Below, in pieces: positions 29,330 through 42,921 of a stretch of 64,000 nt of DNA. The translations under genes were made by a program, and so were the position numbers. Each line of letters starts with the position of its first letter. Position 1 is the stretch's first letter. Location of the stretch: contig OX597838.1 in assembly GCA_951406725.2 (NCBI GenBank), positions 8,308,001-8,372,000 on the forward strand. Reading direction: 5' to 3'. The notes under the pieces are model-generated. The model saw only the letters and a list, made by a program, of their open reading frames with translations. It did no database searches and was not told the origin of the DNA. This DNA is from Octopus vulgaris (Eukaryota).

Positions 29330-29733
29330 GTATGTATATATCCGTCATAGTAATCACCATCCTCGTCGACACAACCACCACGATACACGCAATGAATACG
29401 AGAACCTATAAACTTAATTACTAACAAACTCTGACTACACACACTATGCGTGCGCATAGAGAGTGGGGGTGCAAACACGCAGACACACATATATAGTCAC
29501 GTTTACACATGTATACATAAAAGTGTATGCATGCATATACACATGTCTATAATAGTCTTTACGAATGCATATAACCTGGAATATATATTTCTTTGTGATC
29601 CACACTCAAGTACCATCATCCATTGATATATGTGGGTGGGGGGGGGGTGTATGGGTATGACTGTGTGCGTCTGTATATATTTATATGTATATATATATAT
29701 GTATATACATGTATATATATATATATATATGTA

Positions 29734-29769
<36 letters not shown>

Positions 29770-29917
29770 CATATATATATGTACATACATCTGTACTTAT
29801 GTACATACATGTATATAAATATGCATATATGTGTATATATATATATACACACATATATAATTATGTACATGTATATACATATAAATGTATATGTACACAT
29901 GTGTATATGTATATATA

Positions 29918-29967
<50 letters not shown>

Positions 29968-30061
29968 AGTATATACATGTACATATATATATATATTTAT
30001 CTATACAGATACATATGCCAATATATATATATATATATGCATGTATATACATATACATATA

Positions 30062-30134
<73 letters not shown>

Positions 30135-30884
30135 CAATTTCTGTATTTTGTCACTAACATATGTATATATATATTTTTCGGCAAACCGTGTTGTCACCTC
30201 TCAAGAGATTCTCCAAGAAGCCGTAGACTTTCTTCCAAAAAATATTCTCCAAACTATTTCAAGAATTATATCGGGGATGAGGGTTGGGTGGAGGTGGAGG
30301 TGGGGTGCACAGGTGTGGAGGTGAGCGGGGCGGGTCGATAATACGAAACGCGTTGAGGGGATGTTAAATGATTTTTAGGGATCGCTATACTTGTTGTTAT
30401 TGCCACTGCCGTTGTACTAGGTGGTGGTGGTAGTGGTGGTGGTGGTGGTGGTGACGGTGATGGTGGTGGTGGTAGTGGTGGTGGTGGTGGTGGTGGTGGT
30501 GGTGGTGGTGTTGGTGGTGGTGTTGGTGGTGGTGGTTGTGGTGGTGGTGGTGGTGGTGGTGGCGGTGGTGGTGGTAGTGGTGGTGGTGGAAGGGATGGCA
30601 GTGGTGGTGGTGGTAACAGTGGTGGTAGTGGTAGTGGTGGTAGTATTGGTGGTGGTGGTGGTAGTGGTGATGCTTATCAGCTGCGACATTGACCGATATG
30701 GCGTGAGAGAGAGAGAAAGAAAGAGAAAAAGAGAGCCAGTTTTTCCTTACAAAACAAAAAAAAAGGGTTGAAACTCTTGCATGTAAATGTAGCGAGTTTA
30801 AAAAAATCTGACGAACTGAAGGTGTGTAAGCGTCTCTCAGGTGTTTGCAATTAAGCAAGGCGGTAGTGGGGAATAACACCAACA

Positions 30885-31157
30885 AGATGTCTTTACTTGT
30901 GTCAGTCATTGGATTGCGACCATGCTGAGGCTTCAGACTGAAGAGCTTAGACGCAAAAAAATTCACCATAGCACTCTTTTAAGTCTGCTGCTCAATATAA
31001 TGGTCTTTCGCCGAACCGCTAAGTTACGGAAACGTAAACAAACCAATACTGGCTCTAAAGTTGTTGTGGAGGTCAAATACAACATAAACACAATGACACA
31101 CACTCACTCATGTAGATGCACACACACACATACATATATATATATATAGACACATTG

Positions 31158-31251
<94 letters not shown>

Positions 31252-31614
31252 TATATAAAGGAAAGTTTACGAAAATAAACAAAAGACGAAGGCAGGTGGA
31301 GTACAAACAAACAAATGTATTAGTATAGCACTCAGGAATAGAAAAAGTCTTTTACGTTTCGAGCCTATGCTCTTCAGACAGAAACAAGGAGAGAAACAAG
31401 GAGAGAAAAAAATGCGTGTAGGAGCTAACGATCTATAAGCACATTGATACGCACACACAGACATGTATACGCGCGAGTGGGACGGTCTTTTCTGTATCTG
31501 TCTACCAAATCCACTCAAAAAGCATTTCTTGGCCAAGGTATCGCAAAGTGGAACAGAACTCGAACCAACAAAATTGCAAAGCAAGCTTCTTAACTTCACA
31601 GCCATACCTGCGCC
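30885..31614 (-). mobile_element. SINE family A, diverged, split by an insertion in its central microsatellite
   Basis: 3' part TCAGTCATTGGATTGCGACCATGCTG (about 30900), 5' part TCTACCAAATCCACTCA...CACAGCCATACCTGCGCC (31500-31614). Confidence 0.7.
31258..31436 (-). mobile_element. Short HHR-bearing element (same family as 26366-26556) nested in SINE A (TA)n
   Basis: Minus strand TTT-CTGTCTGA-A-GAGC ATAG GCTC-GAAA-CGT-A-AAAG. Confidence 0.7.
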
Positions 31615-31780
31615 TATGTTATGTTTCGTTGCTCTAACAACTCACCCAGTTCGCTACCTGATGCCGAAGGGTGATAGCAACCGTAACGTTTCGGTTTTAT
31701 TTCATCTCCTCAGTAGAACATGTTCTACTCAGTTGTCAAAAGGATAGATCATGTTTATTGCACGTATTGATAATAGACAA

Positions 31781-32000
31781 GGCAGCGAGATGGCAGAAAC
31801 GTTAGCACGCCGGGCGAAATGCTAAGCGGTATTTCGTTCTGAGTTCAAATTCCGCTGAGGTCGACTTTGCATTTCATCCTTTCGGGATCGATAAATTAAG
31901 TACCAGTTACGCACTGGGGTCGATATAATCGACTTAATCCGTTTGTCTGTCCTTGTTTGTTCTCTCTGTGCTTAGCCCCTTGTGGGTAGTAAAGAAATAG
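31781..32000 (+). mobile_element. SINE family B, near full length
   Basis: TSD GTATTGATAATAGACA at 31764-31779 and 32001-32016. Confidence 0.92.
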
Positions 32001-32219
32001 GTATTGATAATAGACAGAAGTGGATGCGAAGTCTAAATTTTGGACAAAGTATAAAATGAGAAATTCGATGTTCGGTAACTACAAAGCAATTCATCCGGTA
32101 TTCCATGAAGCATTTTATCCGGCATTGCAACAACCCTATTATCGCCTCCACTTTTAATGAATAAATAATATCAGTTTCTTGTAGAGCAAAACAAAAATGG
32201 TGGACCTGGTTACATAGGT

Positions 32220-32407
32220 CGCCACCAGAGGGCGTTGCTGATTGTTATATATTTAATAAAACGTCAATTCTCACACTCTAAGCTGGAAACACTAAATACA
32301 GATACACAATAACGCTAGGTGCCGCCACAGGTCATACATTCAAAACGTAAGTCAATTTGATACAAGAAGAGCAGAAACGCAATGCAAAGGTCACCACCAG
32401 ATGTCGC
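32220..32407 (+). promoter_or_regulatory. Candidate CTCF-binding site cluster
   Basis: CGCCACCAGAGGGCGT (32220-32235), CCACCAGATGTCGC (32394-32407), weaker ACGCTAGGTGCCGC (32312-32325); all in the same orientation. Confidence 0.55.
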
Positions 32408-32545
32408 TTGAGCTGTAACAAATCACTTCTTGTTTTATTGACGCACTTAGAGTTCTTTCATCTCCCTCTCCTCTTTACGTTTCTCCCACCTTTTCTCCCT
32501 TGCTCTTTCTCCCACTTTCTCTTTCTTGCTTTCTGTTTCTTCTCT

Positions 32546-32578
<33 letters not shown>

Positions 32579-32757
32579 CGCTCGTTCCTTTTGCTATTCT
32601 GTACTTTTTTATATTTCTACATATTTTTGTATATTTGTCATCTTCATGTACTCTCCTAAATGTGTGTGTGAGTGTGTATACATATATATATATATATATA
32701 CACACACATATATATATATAAATATACATCTATATATATATATACATATATATATAT

Positions 32758-32802
<45 letters not shown>

Positions 32803-33233
32803 CATACATATATATGCACACACAAATATATACGCATATCCATAGACGTGTATATATACATATATGTGTATATGTGTGTGTGTGTAGTCGTAAGTATATT
32901 TTTGTGTATGTACATATATGTGTGTGTGTATGTGTATATATTCGTGTGAGTATGTGTGCATGCATATACATATATGTGTTTATACACACACGCACACACA
33001 CACACATATAACTGTACACTTTGCACTTCTTCCTCCTCCTCCACCCCTTCATATTTTCTGTCTCCTACCCTGTCCTCTCCCTCCTCCTTCTCCTCTGCTC
33101 ACGTCTTTCCTCTCTCACCCGCCTCCCCTCCCACCCTCCCCCGACTCACCGTTTTTCTAATTCTGTCACAGACAATTTACATCACATCTTCCCCTCCCGT
33201 CCACGCAACACCCATTGTAATATCTCCTACGCT

Positions 33234-33267
<34 letters not shown>

Positions 33268-33473
33268 TCTCTTTCACACTCTCTATTCTCTCTCTTCTTC
33301 TGCCTGTCATGTACATATTCTTTCTCTCTCCCCCCTCTCTCTCTCTCTCTCTCTTTGTCTCTCTGAGCATTCTGTTGCGAAAAACTGCATATAGGTAGAT
33401 AGATAGATATATAGAAAGCGTTAGAGGAAAATAGATAGACAAGTTGAAAGACAAACAGACAGACAGACGGATG

Positions 33474-33617
<144 letters not shown>

Positions 33618-33936
33618 GATAGATAGACAGATAGATAACTTTCTTTTATTAGCCACACAGGGCTGAATACAGAGGGGACAAATACAAATGCAGAGCTTTT
33701 CTTTTCGAGGGTGGAAAAAAATAAAATGTAAGGTTGCGATCAAAAGGGATCGAGAGGAGGAAAAAAAGGAAAAAAAGAAAATCGTGTATCACAGAAATAA
33801 TGGTGTAAACATTGATATAACAAGATTGGGTTCATCCGTGGGAAGAAAAGCCTACAGAAAAGACCACGGGAACCCCAGTCAGGGAGGAAATAAACACATG
33901 AGAAATAGATAGATAGATAGATAGATAGATGATAAT

Positions 33937-33991
<55 letters not shown>

Positions 33992-34008
33992 GATTGATAG
34001 ATAGATAG

Positions 34009-34059
<51 letters not shown>

Positions 34060-34625
34060 TAGCGATAGATAGATATATGATTGATAGATAGATAGAGATA
34101 GATAGATAGATAGTAGAGGGAAGGCAATGGCGTTGGAGAGAAAGAGAGATTGAAGAGTGAGGTAAGCGAATGCAATTTTGGTAGAAGGGAGAGGATATTA
34201 TGTAGAGGAGGGATAGAGAGAGGAGGGCTAGCGAGGAACCATGGCAAGGATTGTGGTGTGGTGATTGGGGGTGCGACAAGGGTGTCAGTGAGTAGAGAGT
34301 CGAGAATTGGCGCGGGTGGGCCGGGTGGGGCGGTAAGTAAGCATTTATCAAATAAACACTGTTGTAGTTGCTTCAATGGGGCATGAATAAATAACGAAGG
34401 CGGTGCCGGTGGTGGCGGTGGTGGTGGTGGTGGTGGTGGTGGTGGTGGTGGTGGTGGTGGCTGTGGTGACGGAGATGGGGATGTTGACAATGTTGACATT
34501 GGTGATGATGACATTGATGATGATGATGATGATGATGATGACGATGGTGATGATGATGATGATGATGATTATGAAGATTATGATGATGATGATGATGATG
34601 ATGATGATTATGATGATGATGATTG

Positions 34626-34660
<35 letters not shown>

Positions 34661-34690
34661 ATGATGATGATGTTTATGATGATGATGATT

Positions 34691-34725
<35 letters not shown>

Positions 34726-35009
34726 ATGGTGGTGCTGGTGGTGATGATGAGGATTATGATCATGGCAATGATGATGATGATGATGATGAGGTGATTGGCT
34801 GGTTATATTTCTGATGCTACTCGCTAAGTTAACATTTCTCGGGTAGATTGAATACCGTTCCAGTCATGATCCTCCCATCTATTCAGGGGTTACATTGTAT
34901 AGTGTACCCTAAACTTTTAAAACTGGGTGCAATGTGATGTGAAGGAGATCTGGTTACTATTTCCAGCACACATCATACGAGTGCGATATGTCTATATAAA
35001 TATATATAT

Positions 35010-35156
35010 AGGCATTGTCATAGCTGTGTAGAAACAAGTTTACTCCCCAACCACATGTTTCCGGGTTCAGTCCCACTGCGTGGCATCTTCATCTTGCGCG
35101 AGTGCCTTCTGTTATAGCTACGGGCCGGCAGAAACTGAAAAAAGCCCGTCGTATAT
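35010..35156 (+). mobile_element. SINE family A, 5' part (sister copy at 36706-36960)
   Basis: CCAACCACATGTTTCCGGGTTCAGTCCCACTGCGTGGCATCTT. Confidence 0.8.
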
Positions 35157-36371
35157 ACGTGTGTGTGTGTGTGTATGAGTGTGTGCGTATGGGTGTGTGT
35201 ATATGTGTTTGTATATGTGTGTGTGTATGTGTGTGTGTATATGTGTGTTTGAGTGTGTGCGTATGTGTGCGTATATGTGTGTGTGCATGTGTGTGTATGT
35301 GTATGTGCGTATGCGAGTGTGTGCATATGTGTGTGTGTGTATGTGTGTAGTGCAACGCATCGAACGTGGCATAAGAACGATTAAGATTTTCTCGAGTCCA
35401 TCGCCAGAGAAATATGAAAGTGGAGGCCATTTTCCCGTTCATTCTTCACTAATGACACTATAGCGATGACGGTCGACTGCTGCTGCTGCCCCTGCTGCTT
35501 CTGCCGTCGCTGCTGCTGTTTATGGTTGTCGAACGTGCAATATGTTTCCAAACAAGTTCATACTCGACAAACTACGTTTTGCTCCTAAAAATATTTCTGC
35601 CTCATCAGAAACAACCACAGCAAGCATCGCCACCGCCACCGCCACCATTAGTCCCCCTACCAGTATCACTCCTACTACCACCACCGTAACCGTCACCACC
35701 ACCACCACTACCGCCACCGTCAGCACCGCCACAACCACAACCACCACTGCAACCGCTACTGCCAGTAACAACTCTACCACCACAACCACCACTACACCCA
35801 CCACCACAACTACCACTCCCACTACCACCACCACCAAAACCACCACTACCGTCATTACCCCTAGTGTCGTAAACAGCACCGCCACCTCCACCACCACTAC
35901 TGTCACCATCAGTACCGTCATCATCACAATCACCATCACCGCTACCCCCATCACCGCTACCCCTATCACCGGCGCCGCCACAACAACGTCCAACACCGCC
36001 GCCCCTACCATCTGCCACCGCCACCACATTTCTGCGTCACCGTCACAGCAAGTGGCCCTACTACAACCGGTACCGCACTACACTTCTAAGGCCACCTCCA
36101 CTACCAGCTACCACACACACACATACACGCGCACCAGCAACACTATTGCCATCACCACCACTATCACCACCGCCCGCCACAGCCAAAACTAACACTACCA
36201 TCCCTACCACTGCAGCCACCACTATCACAACTACCGACACGAAAAATAGAAAGAGAGAGAGGACTACGTGGTCACTTCGTCTTACAATATATAGCAGCTA
36301 AAGTCCACTGGACTCGCACAGTAACATCCTGTGAGAGGAAGGACGCTTAGGATTTTGAAAAAGTGAAAGTT

Positions 36372-36613
36372 ATACCTACTGATGAGACTGGGATGTGAAC
36401 CGGTTTCCCGGTTCCCACAGCGTGTATATTCCTCACATGGCTGGGAGGCGCCGGTCCGTCGCAGGGTTGCTCCTTTTGGCAGCTGAGTAGACTGGATCAA
36501 CGTGAAATGAAGTGCTGAGCCCAAGATAACAAAGCGTCACCGGTCCAGGAATCAAAACAACAATCTTACGATCTTGGGTCCAAGACCCCTAACCACTAAG
36601 CCACGAGCCTCCA
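36372..36613 (-). mobile_element. tRNA-derived SINE, family F
   Basis: Minus-strand head GGAGGCTCGTGGCTTAGTGGTTAGGG; body CACTTCATTTCACGTTGATCCAGTCTACTCAGCTG...AACCCTGCGACGGACCGGCG. Confidence 0.75.
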
Positions 36614-36705
36614 CACACTTAGGATAACGTAGGTACCGTGACATTTTGTTAGAAAGTAAGATGTGACCGTCACGGTAGGATCATGTGTATATCAATATTA
36701 TATAT

Positions 36706-36960
36706 AGGCATTGACATAATTGTGTAGAAACAAGTTTACTGCCCAACCACATGTTTCCGAGTTCAGTCCCACTGCGTGGCATCTTACGCGAATGCCTTCT
36801 ACGTCGTATATACGTGTGTGTGCGTGTGTGTGTATGTGTATTCGTGTGTCTGTGTGTGTTTGCGTACGTACCCCCTCACCCCACTTAACAACCGGTGTTG
36901 GTGTGTTTACGTCCGTCTAACTTGGTGGTCCGACAAAAGAAGCCCAATAGAATAAATGCC
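36706..36960 (+). mobile_element. SINE family A, internally deleted
   Basis: Family A head plus ACAACCGGTGTTGGTGTGTTTACGTCC. Confidence 0.75.
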
Positions 36961-37235
36961 GCATAAGATAACGAGTAACATCAAGAAGAGTGGGAAGTTC
37001 CACATGGTCAGTGTCTTTCCTAGAAATAACAGATGAATCTCGCAGACGCAAAGCTCGTATTTTCAAAAACTAACATTGGAAAACGCTTCCTTTTTACCTG
37101 GTTATAAGTGCGTTGGGCAGGGGCTGACCATGAGCTGGCCAGGGGCTGACCAGGGGCTAAACAATACCAGTGGCAACAGCATTAATAAAAAAAAAACAGC
37201 AATATCAATGACAACAGAACTCTCTTTTTTAGCTA

Positions 37236-37614
37236 CTTTTACTTGTTTCAGTCATTTGACTGCGGCCATGCTGGAGCACCGCCTTTAGTTGAACAAATCG
37301 ACCCCGGGACTTATTCTTTGTAAGCCCAGTACTTATTCTATCGGTCTCTTTTGCCAAACCGCTAAGTGACGGGGACATAAACACACCAGCATCAGTTGTC
37401 AAGCAATGCTAGGGGGACAACCACAGACACACATATATATATACATATATACGACAGGCTTCTTTCAGTTTCCGTCTACCAAATCCACTCACAAGGCATT
37501 GGTCGGCCCGGGGCTATAGCAGAAGACACCTGCCCAAGATGCCACGCAGTGGGACTGAACCCGGAACCATGTGGCTGGTTAGCAAGCTACTTACCACACA
37601 GCCACTCCTGCGCC
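37236..37614 (-). mobile_element. SINE family A, full length, low divergence
   Basis: Very close reverse complement of 22-430; minus-strand start GGCGCAGGAGTGGCTGTGTGGTAAG. Confidence 0.93.
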
Positions 37615-37924
37615 ATGACATGTTCTCACAATCTGCTACAAATGACAACCAGATTTCCTTGAAGTCCCACCGTACTATTTTCTTTAAGGTTCAGGACACA
37701 TTACGTAATGTAGTCGGAGCTGGACCCTGAACAGACTAGGGAAATGTAGGGCGGCCGCTATTAATTGTGCTTTTGGCTATGAATAGGGATTTTTCAGGTC
37801 AATTTATGACGGAAGGTTAGTTACATAAATTGCATAGGACATGTTCGTATTGTATGGATTAATTATTAACACAAAACACATACACACACATGTACAACCA
37901 TATGCACACACACACACAAATATG

Positions 37925-37925
37925 T

Positions 37926-37992
<67 letters not shown>

Positions 37993-38009
37993 AAGCAGCA
38001 GTATCAGTA

Positions 38010-38064
<55 letters not shown>

Positions 38065-38081
38065 AAGCAGCAGTATCAGTA

Positions 38082-38121
<40 letters not shown>

Positions 38122-38138
38122 AAGCAGCAGTATCTGTA

Positions 38139-38217
<79 letters not shown>

Positions 38218-38231
38218 AAGCAGTATCAGTA

Positions 38232-38277
<46 letters not shown>

Positions 38278-38287
38278 AAGCTGTATC

Positions 38288-38328
<41 letters not shown>

Positions 38329-38338
38329 AAGCTGTATC

Positions 38339-38387
<49 letters not shown>
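37925..38387. repeat. (AGT)n array with recurring AGAAGC(AGC)(A/T)GTATC interruptions
   Basis: Six similar interruption cassettes are visible. Confidence 0.92.
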
Positions 38388-38545
38388 TCTTCTACTGCGA
38401 AGGGGCTAGAATATTGACTGGCTACGGCCACACGTTTTTCGCGACGAATGAAGTAAAAAGTACTCCATACTTGCTGTAGAGTATGCGGCTCTTCTACATC
38501 TAAACTCTTGTCGCGAAAAAAGCGAAAAAAGCATGTGTATGTGTG

Positions 38546-38590
<45 letters not shown>

Positions 38591-38804
38591 TGTGTTGTGT
38601 GTGTGTGTGTGTGTGTGTGTGTACATATGTCAGTCCCTCGTTAATTGTGAAAGAAAAGCAAATCAAGTTTTTCAAATTGAATACCGGTTTCGGTAACAGA
38701 TATACACAATTAGACTGGCAAATATATAACGAAATTGAGAAAGAGAGAGAGGGAGAGAGTGAGGGCGAGAGGTAAAGAGAGAGAGAGAGAGGGTAGCACC
38801 AGAT

Positions 38805-38850
<46 letters not shown>

Positions 38851-38859
38851 GCACCAGAT

Positions 38860-38901
<42 letters not shown>

Positions 38902-39518
38902 TAAGAAAGGGGGAAGGAAAAGTAGAGAGAAAGGCAGAGAGAACACGGAAACACACACAGCTTAGTACCGTGACTACGACGACGACTACCACCACCACCG
39001 ACTACCACCACCACCACCGCCGCCACCACCACCACCACCACCACCTTCACCACCACCACCACCTTCACTACCACCACCACCTTCACTACCACCACCACCA
39101 CCACCACCACCTTCACTACCACCAGCACCACCGCCGCCGCCACCACCACCGCCACCACCAGTGGAAGGAACATCGTTTCGGTAGCTTAAGTGAACAGCTG
39201 CACACGGTGTACATCTAATAGACTGCAGATGATGCGTTTCAACAAGCTTTCTTATCTCGCTACATATCTTAACAAGCACTTTAAAACGAGACAATTTCCT
39301 TCGCTAATAATTTTTACTTCGCATTTATCGTTCGTCGTCGATGTCATTCTTGGCTCTACGTTCGCGCTCACGCGCGCACGAACATACACGCACGCACACA
39401 CACAAACATACACACGCGCAAGCGTACGCACTGGCGATACACAAACACACACAGACACAAACACACTGCATATGCATACACTCTCGTTCATAGCACTGCC
39501 CCACACTCTCACTTTCCC

Positions 39519-39549
<31 letters not shown>

Positions 39550-39568
39550 TGTGTGTGTGTGTATATAC

Positions 39569-39607
<39 letters not shown>

Positions 39608-39681
39608 TGTGTATATATATATATATGTATATATATGTATATATATATGTATATACACACATATATATGTATGTGTGTGTG

Positions 39682-39731
<50 letters not shown>

Positions 39732-40477
39732 TAATATATATATACACACATATACACACACATATATATGTTTATACTTTAATATATACGTGTAGATGAT
39801 ATGCATGTGTGTGTGTGCGTATGTGTGTATGTATGTGTGCCTGTCCTTCTTTGTATATATATGTGTGTGTGTGTATATATATATATATATACACACACAC
39901 AAATAAAAGAAAGAAATGCGCGTAGGTGTATATGAGCGCGCGTGAGCCCATGTAGCCACTTGTCTGTGTTTGCCTGTCTGTTACTCTACACACACACACA
40001 CACAGATATATAGAGTCAGACAGACAGACAAACAGATAGACAGATATATATATATATAGAGAGAGAGATAGATGGCTAGATAGATGACCAGCATGCTATT
40101 ACTCTACACGTCCTAGTATTATGTCTGCATTTAACATACGTATAGATATATACACACTCAACTCCAGCTGCTCGGAGATGACAACTCGAGTGAACAACGT
40201 ACGACGTTTCGTATCTTCCGAATTTTCATAAACTTATGCAAAAAGAATAATAAAACTTCTTCCTTGACGCAGCGGTGCCTTAAGTTTAAACAGAGCAATT
40301 TTGTTCTGTAATAGTAACACGTATGATTCATCAAGCTTGTGGAGAAGGGAGCTAAGCCCCGTGCATTTAGGTGCATTTTCTAAGCGGTTTCGCACTTGTT
40401 TCATTGATCGTCAGTAACGATCAAACATTCTCACGACCAATGGCGTTCTGGATGTGATCATCTCATCGCAGCAAACT

Positions 40478-40547
<70 letters not shown>

Positions 40548-40551
<4 letters not shown>

Positions 40552-40652
40552 CCTGCTCGCTTAGCCAGCGGGGTGGCGTCATTTGAAGGCTAAAACAATG
40601 CGAAGCGTATTGTAACCAGCGATGTGTAGCAGCATCACGGTGATCACGATGA
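40548..40652 (+). mobile_element. SINE family C 3' fragment between (TA)n tracts
   Basis: TTGGCCTGCTCGCTTAGCCAGCGGGGTGGC...AAGGCTAAAACAATGCGAA matches about 55866-55985. Confidence 0.8.
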
Positions 40653-40937
40653 TATATATATATATATAATACACACACACATAAGTATAAATAGAGAGGG
40701 AAATAGCAATGGATTTTCGTATTTAACAACAATTGTTTCGCAGCTTAAACATGTCGAAATAATATATTCTATATTTTATAATAAATGATAAATTATTCTC
40801 TTCTGTATTAATATATATTTACATATATACAATGTTTTAATTATAGCAGATGTACATATTCATAATTGTTGTATTATTACGTGTTTCTTCGTGACTGTAG
40901 GATGTGGTTTGAGAGAAACATGGCTATGTGTTCATAA

Positions 40938-41165
40938 GGCTGCGAGCTGGCAGAAACGTTAGCACGCCGGGCGAAATGCTTAGCGGTATTTCGTCTGCCG
41001 CTACATTCTGAGTTCAGATTCCACCGAGGTCGACTTTGCTTTTATTCTTTCGGGTTCGATTAAGTAAGTACCAGTTACGCACTTAATGTAATCGACTTAA
41101 TCTCTTTGTCTGTCCTTGTTTGTCCACTCTGTGTGTAGCCCCTTTTGGGTAGCAAAATAAAAAAG
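40938..41165 (+). mobile_element. SINE family B
   Basis: Flanking duplication AGAAA(C/T)ATGGCTATGTGT. Confidence 0.88.
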
Positions 41166-42102
41166 AAATATGGCTATGTGTATGTGTGTTTGTGTATATG
41201 TAGATATATTTATCAGCATGGCCTGAAAAAGTATTATGATATAAGTTGTGTGTGGGGTGGGGTCTGTGTGTGTTGGGGGGGTCTGTGTGTGGGGGGTCTG
41301 TGTGTGTGGGAGGGTCTGTGTGTGTGTGTGTGTGCAGAAAGTACAATAGCAGCGTTTTTTAAAGTGATGAGTGCGTAAAGGTTTTCCTGAATAATGTGAG
41401 ACAAGGAGTCTGCCACTCTCGGTATCTCTGCTAGAAACAATCATTACGACAACAACAGCAGCAACAACATCATTTCCAGCACCATCACCACCATCATCAC
41501 CATCACCACTATTTTTAGTAATATCATTACTACTAATTTCAAACACACACACACATACACACACACAGACGCAAACATGCACTCCCCCGCCACACACATA
41601 AACACAGATATATATATACAAAGACACACATACACACACACATGTTCGCATACACGGACATATAATCACACGCATACACACACACACACAGCGGTATAAA
41701 CTCACACACACATACACACATACATGCTCACAAACAAGGCAGGCATTCACCGGCAAACATATACTCAAACACATACATACATGTACACACACACACACAC
41801 ACACACACAGATACACATTCACTGACAGTCACGCATACTCTCTCACTCACACACACAAACACACACACACAAACACAAACACACAAACACACTAACATAC
41901 ACACTGACAGGTACACATATACGCATAAAGAAACTATCCGTTTCGCCTTCACACAGCTGTTTCCAGGAGACTCTCTGATCTTCTGGAACAAACCATTTAA
42001 CATTCTTTGGGAAATCCCCTGGGAATCTGCGAGGGGAGGAGTAGCAGTGTGAGGGGGAGTTTAGAGAAAGCATTTAAGTGTGTCTGTATGTCGAAGGAAC
42101 TG

Positions 42103-42139
<37 letters not shown>

Positions 42140-42160
42140 ATAAGCTACATATATATACCC

Positions 42161-42191
<31 letters not shown>

Positions 42192-42255
42192 TACATATAT
42201 ATATATTTATATGTATATATGTATACATATACACACATATATATATATATGTATG

Positions 42256-42314
<59 letters not shown>

Positions 42315-42842
42315 CTCGTTTATGGAATTGTTCTGCAAGATTCTTGATGTGAAATCGTGTGTTGAAACAGATATTGCTGCTTTGGGAGACTGGTCATCTT
42401 TGCTAGTTATATAGTGCGTATTTTTAATTGGCAAAAGATGACCATATCCAAATATAACTCACTCTCTCTTTCTCACTCTTTCTATATGTGTGTGTTTGTA
42501 TGTGTGATGTGTGTGTGTGTGTGTGTGTATTTGGTATGTATGGTGACGAATATGTCACCACAGATTCACCAAATGCCACCTGATAGAGAAGGATTAATGA
42601 AGATGTAGAAAACCCAGACTCTGCTGACAGGAATTGTTGAACCCACATATAACATCCCAACGTACATCTTTCTTCTCTGGTGAAATTATACTCATGTCAC
42701 ATAAATGCAAATATAATGTACAAATTCGTAATTACATTATAGGGTATTAATTGAAACGGCCGTAAGAAGCGAAGATGACCAATTTATTAATTAAAAAAAA
42801 ATTAACTTCCTTTTTTCCAGTTTCTTTTCTTCCTTTAAATGT

Positions 42843-42921
<79 letters not shown>

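Noticed and set aside
30195-30325. Protein-like reading [28 protein letters not shown]
   Set aside because: No acceptor AG or start codon, and no recognisable homology.
35585-35615. Minus-strand CTGATGA-GGCA-GAAA hammerhead-like motif
   Set aside because: No stem II and no convincing stem I.
35542-36192. Mucin-like Thr-rich 216-aa ORF
   Set aside because: Degenerate (ACC)n tract open in several frames on both strands; no signal peptide or splice support; similar tracts are common in this window.
40385-40416. Minus-strand CTGACGA...GAAA
   Set aside because: Stems II and III do not pair.
42712-42746. Resemblance to miR-10 or a miR-10 target (ACAAATTCG...TAGGGTA)
   Set aside because: Seed mismatch and 5 extra nt; no precursor fold beyond a 9-bp AT-rich stem; no evidence of a 3'UTR.
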